Assembly (NCBI GenBank): GCA_965153455.1 | Contig: OZ234494.1 | Span: forward strand, 5,642,001 to 5,706,000 | DNA length: 64,000 nucleotides | From: Sphagnum compactum | Taxonomy: Eukaryota | Direction of reading: 5' to 3' | Shown: positions 12,414-24,783 of the stretch, one piece after another | Numbering within the stretch: position 1 is the stretch's first letter | Layout: every line of letters starts with the position of its first letter | Translations under genes and position numbers: made by a program | The notes under the pieces: generated by a model | What the model was told of the DNA's origin: nothing | Seen by the model: the letters and a program-made list of their open reading frames with translations, nothing else | Database searches by the model: none

Positions 12414-12683
12414 CATCACAAGCTTGCCCCCTCTATATATATGTATGTGCTTTTACAACATTTTAACAATGTGTTCAAGGTTACGTGCTAGGGAAGTGTT
12501 GATCAATCATTGACATGATGTTGTAATGGCATTATAATACAATGATCAATCACCATTATGTGTTACAACGCCATTTCAACATCATATCAATCTTTGTATT
12601 AACACTTTGTTAACACTTAACATTGAACACATTGTTAAAATATTATAAAAACACATATATGGGGAAGGGGCAAATTTGTGATG
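12414..12683. mobile_element. foldback / hairpin MITE
   Basis: Arms CATCACAAGCTTGCCCC...TTTAACAATGTGTTCAA and TTGAACACATTGTTAAA...GGGGCAAATTTGTGATG are reverse complements. Confidence 0.7.
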
Positions 12684-13803
12684 GAGGGTTTAGTGACAAC
12701 TTGTTTGAAAGAAGGGGTTAGGGTTTTGGTATCAATAGTCCTTAAGGTGAAGATCTAACAATCTACTTTAAAATAAGTTGTGGCTATTGCAAATAGACAT
12801 TTTCTTTCAGTGGCAAAGAGGTGAAATAAGAGCATTCATTGTTTACACAATGACGATATTGAAATAATTTTTATGAAATATTTGCAAATTTTTATATTTT
12901 TCCAAATTAAAAAACCCTTTGTGATTCACTAACCCAATATGCAAGTTGAAAAAAACAATTTTTCACTTAAAAAAAAACATTGTTGCTAACCATATTCTGT
13001 TAAAATGTTTGACTTTTATTGAAAAACACGGAAGCAATTGTCAAGGTTTGCCCTATTAGATATAAGCAATCAATAAAGTAGTTACAAAATGCAAGGAAAT
13101 GCATTTAATAGGTATAACTTCAAAACTAAAAAACATCTAGGAGGCATATGAATTTGAAGGTCAAAAGAACGTGTCATAGTTTGAAAGGCATCATATGGTA
13201 TAGATTGACTTGAATAAATACTTGGATCATCTTAGATAACTTCACACATAGTCTAACTTAAAGTGCAATTTGTAGAGCAAAATGTAATTCCATGGACTAG
13301 GTTCTTCTGGCATTTTGCACACTATATTCAACTATTTTTAATTCCAAGCAATTTTGTGAACCTCCCCCAAATGCTAGCTTATGTTTCATCTAATCGATTG
13401 TAGTTAAAAGTTCCATGACTAGTCATTGTTTTTCTTCCTAGGTAAAAGGCTAATCTTGCAATAAACAAAACATCTTCCTTCTCTTTTCAAAATGAAAACA
13501 CAAAGCAACCATTGGACACCTAAACCCTGTGCATATTCTCCATAGCAAATGTATCACTTGAAAAACCCCTAGCTCTCACTTTCCTTCTAGCAGGAAACCA
13601 AAAATAACAAGGAAAAGAAGATGAGGTTAAAGTCTCAAATGAATATGATTTCCTGTCACAAATCTGTTTCTAAAGCAAAGAATATAGGCCTACATAATGA
13701 GTCGTCATTAGGGTTTCCTACACCTTGAACATACACTTTTGAGTACACAAAACAATAACAAAGGGAACAAAAAAGACACAATAATACAACAAAAACAGAA
13801 ATG

Positions 13804-14618
13804 AACCCCACTTTGAAGGAGTGTGAGGATGACACTCACACTCCCGAAATGAGGACTTGAGAGTCCTCCAGGACTCCCGAAAACTTAGAGTTGGATTGCA
13901 AGGGTCAAAACACCTTGCCTTGAGGTGTTCTTTATACCGTTGGAAAGGTCTTGAAGTGTAAATGTCGAAAATGGCCTTGCATGAGTCATTCAAACATCTA
14001 CAGCACAAGTTATGTACGAAAGAAGGGCCGAGAGTCAAACTAGCAATTTGACTTCTGACCATTAAAAATCGGGAATCGACCCGACCCCGGTGTGTGCAGG
14101 TCAAGTGCGACACACCGTTGGAAAGCTCTTAAGGAGAGCTACAAGTTTGCTTTAGACCTCATCCCAATCGGAGGTCTAAGCAAGGAATTATGAACTCCCA
14201 AAGTCCCAGGAGTCCAAACTGGGATAGTTTTAGGACTCCTCCTTGGGAGTCCTGGGAAAAAGAGCCATTTGGATGTAGGTGCCACGGAATAACACAGAGA
14301 ATACTATATGGGGGAAGGTGGTGGCTTCCCCCGAGTCCGGGCCGTAGTGAGTCATGTGAGTCCAGGGTCGCCCGTGGCTTGTCCTAGCACTGCGAGTGCT
14401 CCCGAATGTGAACTAACCAACTTGTTGGTTGGTTTGATGCAGGTTCGAGTAACTAAGTAAAGCTTATCCTTCTTCCTAGTCTAATCCCGGAGCTTCAGCA
14501 CGCCCCTTTACCCCTTTTAGTGTTGGAAGTTGGGAGCGTGCCTCGAGTCCCAAACAATTCCGGTGTTTGATTGACTTGGTCCCAACTTGGATCCAACAAG
14601 GGACTTGGGAGTACGTCA
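13804..14618 (+). mobile_element. second copy of the LTR-like repeat (5' terminus eroded)
   Basis: Collinear with 7915-8675, ends ...TACGTCA; no TSD seen. Confidence 0.85.
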
Positions 14619-14919
14619 AAGATTCAAAGAAAAAATATATCATAGTGAAAGTTATATGAACATGTTCTCTAAAGGAAAATGGTTGGTTTTGAAAAGTTCC
14701 CCACTTGGGACTAGGAGCTCATAATTTGTTTTACATCATGTGATTCCAATTTAATCCCCACAATCCCCAAATCAACTAAAAAAGGATTCAATTAAAAGTG
14801 CATAATATAAAAACTTCAAATATGTTCAAGTGAAATTAATATAATTGTATTTTGTAAATATACATTTCATACATTTTCATCCATATTGGGGGTTTTTCAT
14901 TTAACTGTAAAACTTTGGT

Positions 14920-15900
14920 CTAGCTTAACCTTATGTCCAAGAAGCCTAGGCCAAGATGGTATGTGTTCAAAAGGCCTAGGGCCATAATGTCTAAGAAGGC
15001 CATCCTTATGATTAGCAAAAACACCATGCTTCTTGTTGGACCTAGACTAACCCATTTTAATGCTTGTTTAAAGCTTAAGCCCATGCCTAGGCCAACCCTG
15101 ATGCATATATTAAAAAACCCCAAGCCCAAGGCCAAAGATAAGAGGTTAAAATTGACACCAAGAAACCATAAGCCTCTTGACTTCAAGAAGCTTAAGGTTG
15201 CCCATCTTTTTATCCAAAAGGTTCTAACCAAATGTATTCCCTTAATAAAAAAGCCCAAATACAAAAAGATTGGTCCAAACCTCAACATCAAGAATTCAAG
15301 GCCCAAGTCTAAAAGACTTAATCTCTATATGTGAAAAAATCTTTGGCACATGTCGGATAGGCCTAGCTTGGGCCACTTTCATGCACAAAACCCCAAGTAT
15401 AATGTAAAAGGCCTACGCCTAATGTAAAAAATTTAGACCTAACTACAAAAGGCCAAGGATTTTATACCTTGGTTAAAAAATATATTTCTCAAAAGTAAGA
15501 ATGATTGAAATCAATCACATGATACCATCCTTGTCTAAGAACCTAAAAAAATGCCTGGGAATTGTACCAAAAGTTTAGGCAACCTATGAAAAAGCTTCAA
15601 TAGTTAGGAAAAAACTTATGTAGCATAGGAAAAAGCTCATGCAACCTATTAAGAAACTTAAGCAATCTACAAAAACATTTAGGCACCCTAGGAAAAGCTT
15701 GCAAAACATATGAAAACCCTTAGGCAAGCTAGGGGTACCAAAGTGCCCATGCAACCTATGAAAAAATTTAAACAATCAAGGAAAAAGCCTAGGCATCCTA
15801 AGAAAAAGCTCAAGTAGCTTATGAAAAAGCTTAAGCAACCTAGGAAAAAACCCAAATAGCTTAAAGCCTAGGCACCTTAAAACAAAACCTATATAACCTA
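14920..15900. repeat. degenerate low-complexity repeat (AAGCCTAGGC/AAAAAGCT motifs)
   Basis: Recurring short motifs; ORFs here are spurious. Confidence 0.55.
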
Positions 15901-16434
15901 TGTAAATTTAATTGCAGAAAAGTTAATTTGTGACAACAATTTTGGGTCACCCATAGTGTGTTTTCACCCATTTATTCAAAGAAATAGAGATGAAGAAATT
16001 TCATATTCAAGATTGTATTATTTTATTTTACTTTTAAGGCCTAAGTCAACTAAATGTAGTTTTTGAAAAAATTCAAAGTAAATGAATTTGAAGTTACAAT
16101 GATATTTTTAGTAGTTTTTGCACATCCAATTTTGACTACATTTGGGTCCACCATAACATGCAAATGACCAAGTCTCCATAAATATTTGTCAACAAAATGC
16201 AAAAGTACAAATACCTTATTATGGAATGAGCCCTTAAGATGACATGACATTTTGCCTTGTCTCAATTGATCACAATTATTCAAAAGTAGGGTTGTCAAAA
16301 CTAACATGACACGACCATTTTGCATCAGGCAACACGTCAACATCCATCCTGATGTGTCAATCACATCTGTTAGGATTGACACATGAAAATATATTTACAC
16401 CCAGGTTGCCCCCATTATGATTAGCAACCGAAAA

Positions 16435-16660
16435 CATATTTTGATCACCAATCTTGTGACGATCAAAATTTGGTCACCAATCTTCTGGCAATTGAATCTT
16501 TTGGTTGCCATTGTGTGGTGATGAAAAAATTTTGGTTGCTAATCCTATAATGACCAAAAGTTTTTCGTTGCCAATTGTGTGGTGACCAAAAACATTCGAT
16601 CACCAATTGTGTGGCAATTGATTTTATTTTCAATTGCCATATGTATGGCAACTGAAAGTT
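16435..16660. repeat. degenerate short tandem repeat (TTGGTCACCAAT...GTGG)
   Basis: Recurrent motif, probably TE subterminal repeats. Confidence 0.5.
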
Positions 16661-19516
16661 TTCATTCTACATCTCGGTCATTTGATTGACAATGTTTAAG
16701 TTGATTTCCACCATTGATTTCGCAACAAAATTTGGTGTTATTTGATAATACAAATTAGACCTTGTAATTTGAACTCACTTTTTCCTTTGAGGTGTATGGA
16801 ATTGTGTTGTTTAACAAGCAACCATTGCCATATACCTTGGGAAGGAGGGGTGAAATCTTTATGGGTGTTTGAATTTCAGATCATCATATTGCATTTGCAA
16901 TTGATGCTAAAATTCAATTGTAACCCTGAAGGTGGAGTCCAGTTTCATTGTTAAATACCTTAATTATATCAATCAAGCCTGTATTTGTGTTTTTTCGATG
17001 AAGGGAAGGTGGAACATGTGGAGTCCATAATATTTGATGTTAGAGGACAAGCTAGAGAAGGTGGAATGCAAGTGACAATGTCATTTCATACCACAAGGAT
17101 AAAATGTTCTTCCATTTGGGTTATCGATATGATGACAATGGGCAAGCTAGAGTTATAACGTGTTCAAAAACACAACCATGAGTGAAGGCTTTATTTGCCC
17201 GATGTGGCAAACTTGTCCCTCCACCACAAAACGACATGGAAGTACCAACCCATTTCCTACATGGGCAAACAAAGGATGTGGCCATTGAAACATTGAATTC
17301 TTCTAATGGAAGGATAATCTATTTCGACATTTCAAGTGGAAGGGGCTCAAATTTGCATATCAAATGTCGGATAGTCGAGCTAAGGCTTTTGACAACCCTG
17401 CCTACAAAAAACACATAAGGTTTTAATAGATCCACAAATAACAACATTTGAACCTTTTGATATGTTTCATTGCCCAAAGGATTTAATCAATCAGAAAATA
17501 GGATTTGGACAAAAAAATGGGCAATTTTCTTTTATAAAGCAAACATCTATGAGCCATACCGACACGACCATGTGCAGTAGTCTCAATTTTTAAAAGTTGC
17601 ATCAAGGATATTCGAATGTGGTAAGGTTATTAGGGATTTTTAGCAACTTCATACTAGAATAAGGGATGATGAATGTGCATGGTTGCGTGGGGAGGTTGTT
17701 TTCTTTTCCGAAATACGATATTGGTGAATAAGGTGTTGGGTCAATTCCTTTCTTCAACAAAAAGTTGATAACCATAGTTTCAAGACCTCAGTTGCACAAT
17801 TAGGGGTGAGAGATCTTTAGAGGGTTGGGGGTGGAAATAGACACCAAAATTCGTGGTGCTTAGCAAAAATGGCTCTTGTTCTAGTATTTAGTGAGTAGCA
17901 AGGATGTTGAAATTCATGAAGTAGTTGAAGAGGTGTCAATGAAAGGTCTAATAGAGATAGAATAATCTTCAAGCCCATGGTTAACACAACATTTCACCAT
18001 GATAATATTAAATCAATTTTCTAGAATAATCTTCAGGCACTAATGACGTGCTTGTAAGATTTTTTATGATGTAGTCCTAATATACTCTTACTCAATCTTC
18101 ACTTCTATTAGGTCCCTAAATAAAATTGAAGTCGAATTTAAATCCTAGCATTTACACTTGAGTAGCTTCAAATGAATTACAATTTAGTAAACGACTTAGA
18201 GGGGATAAATCACAACTGCAGAAAATTCAGAATGCGACGAATGGTGCGAGCTAGGTATTCGACTCGATGCTCCTTGGAGAGGGGGTTGATTGGGCCTCGT
18301 AACCAACAATAATGGCCATCACCAGGAACCCAAGTTTGACAATGAAGAGAAACATTGTCATTTTCACATTGACATTCTTTAAACCTTTTTGGCGCAACTC
18401 CACAAGCGGAAACTCCACGGCGATTGCATGCCAAACGATCGACTCGAGTGTGCACCACTCTTTTGAACGGTTTTTTGTCGCGCGGCCGTTGGGAGACATT
18501 CACGTCAAGTAGTGTTTTTTCAAGCTCTTTTTCTTCTACTGGTGTAACTAGAGGATGCAAGGGCGTAACAACATCATCTGCCATGACTGAATCTTCATTT
18601 GCATCAACAAAAACCAAAGGAATAGTCGGAACAATTTGGTACTTGCATTCAGAGGGGGGGTTGATGCATTTATTTAAGAAATTAGGGTAGGCATAATGTG
18701 TGGTAGTGACGTCGAAACCTCATGAAAACCCGGACATCCTAATTTTAATGGATTCATCGAGCCTTAATTTCAATGGTGGATCTAAAAATACATGGGGGTT
18801 CTTGTGATGGAAATTTTAATTTTAATTTACTGTGTACTACATAATTAATTAGTACCTGGTAAAGAATAACTAGGGGATATTAAAAGAGTAAATGGTACTT
18901 GGGAATGTTATTACTACCTTTGACTTGATTTAGTCAAGTAGGAATTCAAGGATGTTTATTTATTACTACCGATAAATTATCCTAGTAGTTAAATACTTGA
19001 AATAATTAGGATGAAGAAAGTAGGATGTGAAAGTCAACGGACAGAGTGGATAGGGATCGAGCTCAAGAACCTCATCAAGATATCCAATATAAGGAAAATG
19101 ATGAGTCCTTCAATTCCATTGGTCATGAGGATTATCATCTTATTTGATTGGAGGATGGAACCCTCTTGATGTTTCATTGGGCACAAGAATGCTCATCCTA
19201 AACTCCATTGGAGGGCAAATCATTCTCGACTCTCATTGGTTCTTGAAGGATGAGGAGGCCATGGATTGGAAGGAAAGATTTTCATAATTTCCATTGGACA
19301 AAAATAACAAGTTCAAGGAGGGGTGATGAAAAGCTGGGGGTAGAGGAGTGTTTGAGGTCTTCTTCTTGTGTGATTTTTCTTAGGAAAGGGAGGAGAAGGA
19401 TGATGAGTTTTCGTAGATGGTGGAAAGAGGGAGAGTGGGTTGGATGTTTGGGGTACTTCGAAAGAATAGAAATGAGTAGGATAATGTTGGGAGCTTGAAA
19501 TTTTAGAGGAATTTCA

Positions 19517-19887
19517 CAAACCTTTTCGAGTTTGGTATCATAACTTTTTACTAGTTTGGGTGCAGAGCCTGCAATTTGGTAGCTAGATGCGCCTTGTAGT
19601 TAGGTTTTTAATGAGCTAAAACAAACTTGATTTGGACAACATATGCAATAGGAGTAATATTTTAAGTGACTCATGGTCTGTATCCAAGTTGAACTTTCTG
19701 CCTTCGTAAAACCCTCTCGGGTTTGGTAGCATGACTTTTTACTAATTTGGGTGCAGAACCTACAATTTGGTAGGCAAAGGTGTTTTGTAGTCAGCTTTTT
19801 AATGAGCTAAATCAAGCTTGATTTGGACAACATATGCGATAGGAGTAATATTTTAAGTGACTAGTGGTCTGTAGCCAAGTTGAACTT
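19517..19887. repeat. two ~190-bp direct tandem copies
   Basis: TTTGGGTGCAGA...TTTTAATGAGCTAA...GGACAACATATGC...GGAGTAATATTTTAAGTGACT...CCAAGTTGAACTT occurs twice. Confidence 0.85.
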
Positions 19888-20149
19888 GGTGTTGAATCCT
19901 TAAAAGTTGGTTTGAATGGGTGATAATTTAACATAAAATTCTAGGATTTGGAGTGTTCGAACTTGGAGATATATCTATCAATTCTAAATCGTAAATCATG
20001 CATAGGAAACAAACTATCTTGTTTCAATTACAAACACAACTTAACATCTAGAAATACACCTGTATTTTTTTCCTTCACCGGTAGCGTATGTACTTTCAAG
20101 TATAGTCACCTCATAGAACCGGGAGTAGAGGGACAGAAAGTCGCCTCAC

Positions 20150-20457
20150 AACATCGCTTTCAATGTTGTGCGACTCGGCGTTCTTAAAAGCTATGAAAAC
20201 AACCTTCGAATGTCGAACCTACTACAAACCTTCATCATACCATGAATTGCACATAAATTTGTTAAAACAATCTAAGGTCGATGTGTCCAAACAAATAATT
20301 GAGAGGACGCATAATTTGATTCATAAATATGGAACAACCATTTGTTTTGATGGTTAGGACAATGTTGCACGACATCCATTGTTGAACGTAATACTTGCTT
20401 GTCCAAGTGGGAATGTATTCATAGGTTCCATTGACACAATTGGGGAATGGAAGGATG
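20150..20457 (+). pseudogene. hAT transposase fragment (DUF659-type)
   Basis: YKPSSYHEL...LL...GTTICFDG*DNVARHPLLNVILACPSGNVFIGSIDT, truncated at a CACTG-type terminus at 20458. Confidence 0.75.
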
Positions 20458-21703
20458 CACTGCAAAAAATCATGACTTCAGTTGACCGAAATTTAGGGTC
20501 AAAAAGACTTTATTTGTGACATTGCCCCATTTGACCAGCTAGTCATATTGGTAAAGTTAATTTGGTCACATCGCCAATTTGACTATTGGTATTTTTAACT
20601 AGAGCATTGATGGATTTTTTGACAAGTCAACTTGACCAAGTGTCAAATTTGACAATTTGCCAACATGTCCAATTGCCAACTTGACTATTTGTCAATATGG
20701 TAGTCAAAATGACCGTAACACATGGCATAATCTCCATGAACGTTCATTGCCACATGTCACCTAATTAGGGTGATTGAACATCGCCATGTGTCATCATCTA
20801 AATTCATCTACTTTTTCATGTGTCAACATGTGAAACATTTATCATCATGGTCGGTCAATTGTTGATTATGTACCCAATGCATGATTAGACATTGACCTAT
20901 TTGATCAATTCAGGTCAAAATGACCAATGACCCTATTGACTAGTTTTAGGTTGTACAAGACCGACCTATTTGACCACTTCACATCAAATGTGGTAATGCC
21001 CAAATCAACTAGGTTTGGTTTATTTTTAGTTACCTATTCCACCAAATCATAGTGTCCTAAATGACTAGTTGTGGTGATTTAATTTAGTGATTAATCTGAC
21101 CACATTTGATCATTTAAGCCATATTTCAATTGATTGGTTTTGGATGATAAAACAATGGCTTATTTGACAAAATGATGTCACAAATGCCAATGTATTTATT
21201 GATTGGTTTTGGATAATAATATGATTGGACAAAAATGGGTGGGCCAAGGGGTACCATAAGCATGGCCTTTTGGCTATTCCATAGAGGTGTACTTTTGGGG
21301 GATGGGCGGCTCGTCTTAGGAATTCCTGAGTCCTACAGCCTTGCACTATACATTTAAATAAACACAGGAGAGATAATATGTATCCGTTAGCTGACTCACA
21401 CATGAGTCAGCTAGAAATTCACTTCCTTCGTATATGAATATTGTCAACAACAGCTTTTGAGGAAGCTTATCTTCATAGTTTTTTTGGTGGCCATGGGTGA
21501 TTCCCTTCATGACTTTAAACCATCAGCACCACACTTTAGTAGTCATGAAATGACATCATGTACTATTTCATGCACAAAAGTACTAAACTCAGGGTGAATT
21601 TGACACTCTGTTGCCGGATCCATTTAAATGGGGGTGTCACGGTGTCACGGTGGCAAGTTTTCCTTTTAAATTGGTGAATTTGTCACCATCTATTTTGTAC
21701 TTA

Positions 21704-22076
21704 GCGCATCTCCAGCGGTGCTGAGTATTTGACCCTGTAAACATAATGTTCACTTCCGAGTTCAGTTATTTAGTTTTTTGCAACTCTGGCGACAAAACCG
21801 AAACTGGGATAGCAAATAGGTGGGGAAATACTAATAGCAAGCCACCTGGACCAATCATTATGATGAACCAATCAGAAACACTGAACAATAGTCAGACCAT
21901 ATTCGTTGCACTCTTTTATGCATGTGCAGAGCGTTGTGGCACCTTTTTCTAACCCATCAAGCTGTACAATTATGCTGAGCCAAAACGATCTCCCTGAGCC
22001 AAACCGGCATATTTTGACTTTTGTTCATCTAATTGTACTCTGGAGGATCAGATATTGAGCGCCGCTGGAGATGCTC
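21704..22076. mobile_element. Tourist-like (PIF/Harbinger) MITE
   Basis: TIRs GCGCATCTCCAGCGGTGCT / AGCGCCGCTGGAGATGCTC, TTA TSD on both sides. Confidence 0.88.
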
Positions 22077-24783
22077 TTATAAGTCATTTGCCCACCATTT
22101 GCCCAAAGCCCTGCACCTGCCAAGACGTTCCTTTTGTCACCTGTGGATTTGTTAGCTGAGCACAGGACCCTGCTCCCTCCATGAAATACAAATTGGTGCT
22201 CCTTCCTAGAGGGTTGCTACTGTGAGACATCTGGTCATAGCTGACATCAGAGTTGACTATTTGGTAGGGAATCTATAACTCGCACTCAATGCCCACGGGC
22301 TATGAAAAATATTTTCTATGACTGTCCGCTTCCTGGGAAACCTGACCGTGTTGCCCAACAAATATTATTAGTTTCTAACTTTGCCCGGAGGTCAATTTTT
22401 GGAAAATTTCTGACCAGCAACATGACTTGTACAAAGGAACAAAGGAAAAAGATGAATCACAACTTACAATAATAGAATCAAGAGTTCAAATAAAAAGGCA
22501 AGTACCAAGCCCAAATTTCCTAGGGTATAATGTTTTCCAATGTACAATAACAGTTCCACAAATAATCTAAGTACCACATACTTTGGTGTTGCATGGGTTA
22601 AATTAATTGTGGTTACAACTAGTGAAAAAAGAAGAAAAAACATCCTAATGTTTTCCCAACAAAAAGAAAAATTGAAATCTGGCAAAAAAATATTTCTCAA
22701 AAAGGGATTTGCAATAAAATATTCCCTATTTTCATTTACTTTTTGTATTTGTGTTGAAATATGGCCACTTCGAATAGGAAACATGTTAGTATTTGTCTCA
22801 TGCCTCCACATCTATGAATTGTGATTTGTTCATGGATGGGTGGTTCGAATAGGGGAGTGATTGTTGTGCTTGTGCCATTGATTTTGCATAAATGGGGAGC
22901 TTAAAGGTTTCCCGCCCTATTAACTTTGAATTTAATAGCATCAATATTTAAAAACAAGATGTCAACATAATTTCATTGAGATTCAAAATAGAGCTATAGA
23001 CACTCATCTTTAGATAATATGAGTGATACTTACTTACACTTGAATACTTGCTATTCATTTTGAAAAGATCATTTTCTTTTAGTGCATTTTGATATATGAG
23101 GACTTTAATTCTAAGTGATAGTAGTTACACATTTTGATCTCCCACAAGAGGGAAATAGGAAGTATAAAGACGTATATAATTTCAAATGCAACATTTTTGT
23201 ATATCTAGCATATGACATTGATCTCTATAATTGTATTAATAATTTCCTTAAATGTTGTCATGTCTATTATATGTTTAAATGATAACTTTGAAAGACAAAC
23301 TTGTATGATTTCATGAAATTTGGGATCACATTTTGCACACATGATGCTACATTTTGCAATTGTTACATGCCATCTCTCATTGATTGATATATAAAATCCT
23401 ATATTTCACAAACATAATTTTTTATCATTGCATTTCTACATATAACATTAGGTCTTCATACATAACACTTATTTTCTTTAAACAAGTTAATTAACACAAG
23501 TTGGTTATGGCATGTCATCTGGCATGTCATTTTACATTAACTAGCTACCTCCTTTCTTGCCAACTTTCACACTAATTATATTATTTTCAAGAATATTTTA
23601 TATGTCAAAATGAAATTTCTGGAATTTTAAATTATTTGACAAACATGTGTTCAAACTGCCAAGGTATTATGATATTAAAAAGATCATAGAACATAGTTTC
23701 CAAACATTTAATCTTTATCTTGTTTAGATGTGTGTGACAACACTAGGCAAGATATGATAAATCCTTGGGCACATGCCCCCACCGACGTCTATCTCTTAGT
23801 ATTTAAATGTGAGTGTCTTGGACAATACTTTCCATATGGGATAATTATGAATTCACTTACAACTTAAGGTTATGTTCAATGTTTTAAGGGTTTAGGGATG
23901 TGAGAAGTATATCAATTATGCCATTTAAAGAAACACTTTGAAGCTTGGGCTTCTCATAGTTTTGAAAACAATTCATTTTTGAATTTGTGTGCAAACTAAT
24001 ATTAATGAGTGCCTTGATCTAGGCACTAGCAACAAGATATCATTTCTTTGTTGCAACAAAACAATATGCCCACACACTATTATGGGCACGTCCAAAATTT
24101 CTTTTTGGATTGCCTGTGAAATGTTTTTTTATTTTCATAGGCAGACCATTAAAATATTACGGATCTTTAAAAAATAATTTTTTGGGCAGCCTGATACCAT
24201 ATGGTGGGTGAGATCATCCCTGCTCATTGCAGGTGACATCAGTCTGCTCACAGCGTGCTAGCTAATCTGCTCCTTTCTCTGTGGGTTGTGCAAGTTGACT
24301 GGTGGGTATTTCATAAAATTATTATTTTCCAAAAAAACTTTAAGTGGGTAATGCCCAAGGAGTGAGGCATTCTTTAAATAAGTGCCATTCCCTCCAGCTT
24401 TTGGTAATGCCCTTACTCCTTGGGCATGATTACCCTACTCAAAATTGTCATTATTGAATTAGTTTTTAGGGTTTAAGGTTTAGGTTCTTGATTTAGTCTT
24501 AACCAATGTTGGCCAGTTCTCATTTTTTTGGTGAGAATCTTTAGTTTCAATTTTTGGGGTAGGTTCTGAGAATTGCCTCGGTTATTTTTTTAAAAAAACA
24601 TTTCCCATTCTGAAAATTGCCCCAGTTTTCAGAATTTAGAAAACAAATCCGGTTAGGTGGTTTTCAAGGTCAATGGGGTCTCACAAAATTATGAACCACC
24701 GGTGTTCAAGGTGGTTCTTACAAATCGAGGCTTTTTGTTTTTTATATTTTATATTTTACTTTTTTTTGGGTTTGTTTTGTGTT

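Noticed and set aside
7915..14618. Intact LTR retrotransposon bounded by the two LTR copies
   Set aside because: The first LTR has its own TSD, the copies differ by indels, and the interior holds hAT/MITE debris rather than gag-pol.
14920..15334. Lys-rich 133-aa ORF and its antisense partner
   Set aside because: Lies in degenerate repeat DNA; composition reflects A-rich motifs.
24343..24440. Short inverted repeat as a miRNA precursor or terminator
   Set aside because: Imperfect arms in TE-rich DNA; more likely a tiny MITE remnant, and unsupported without small-RNA data
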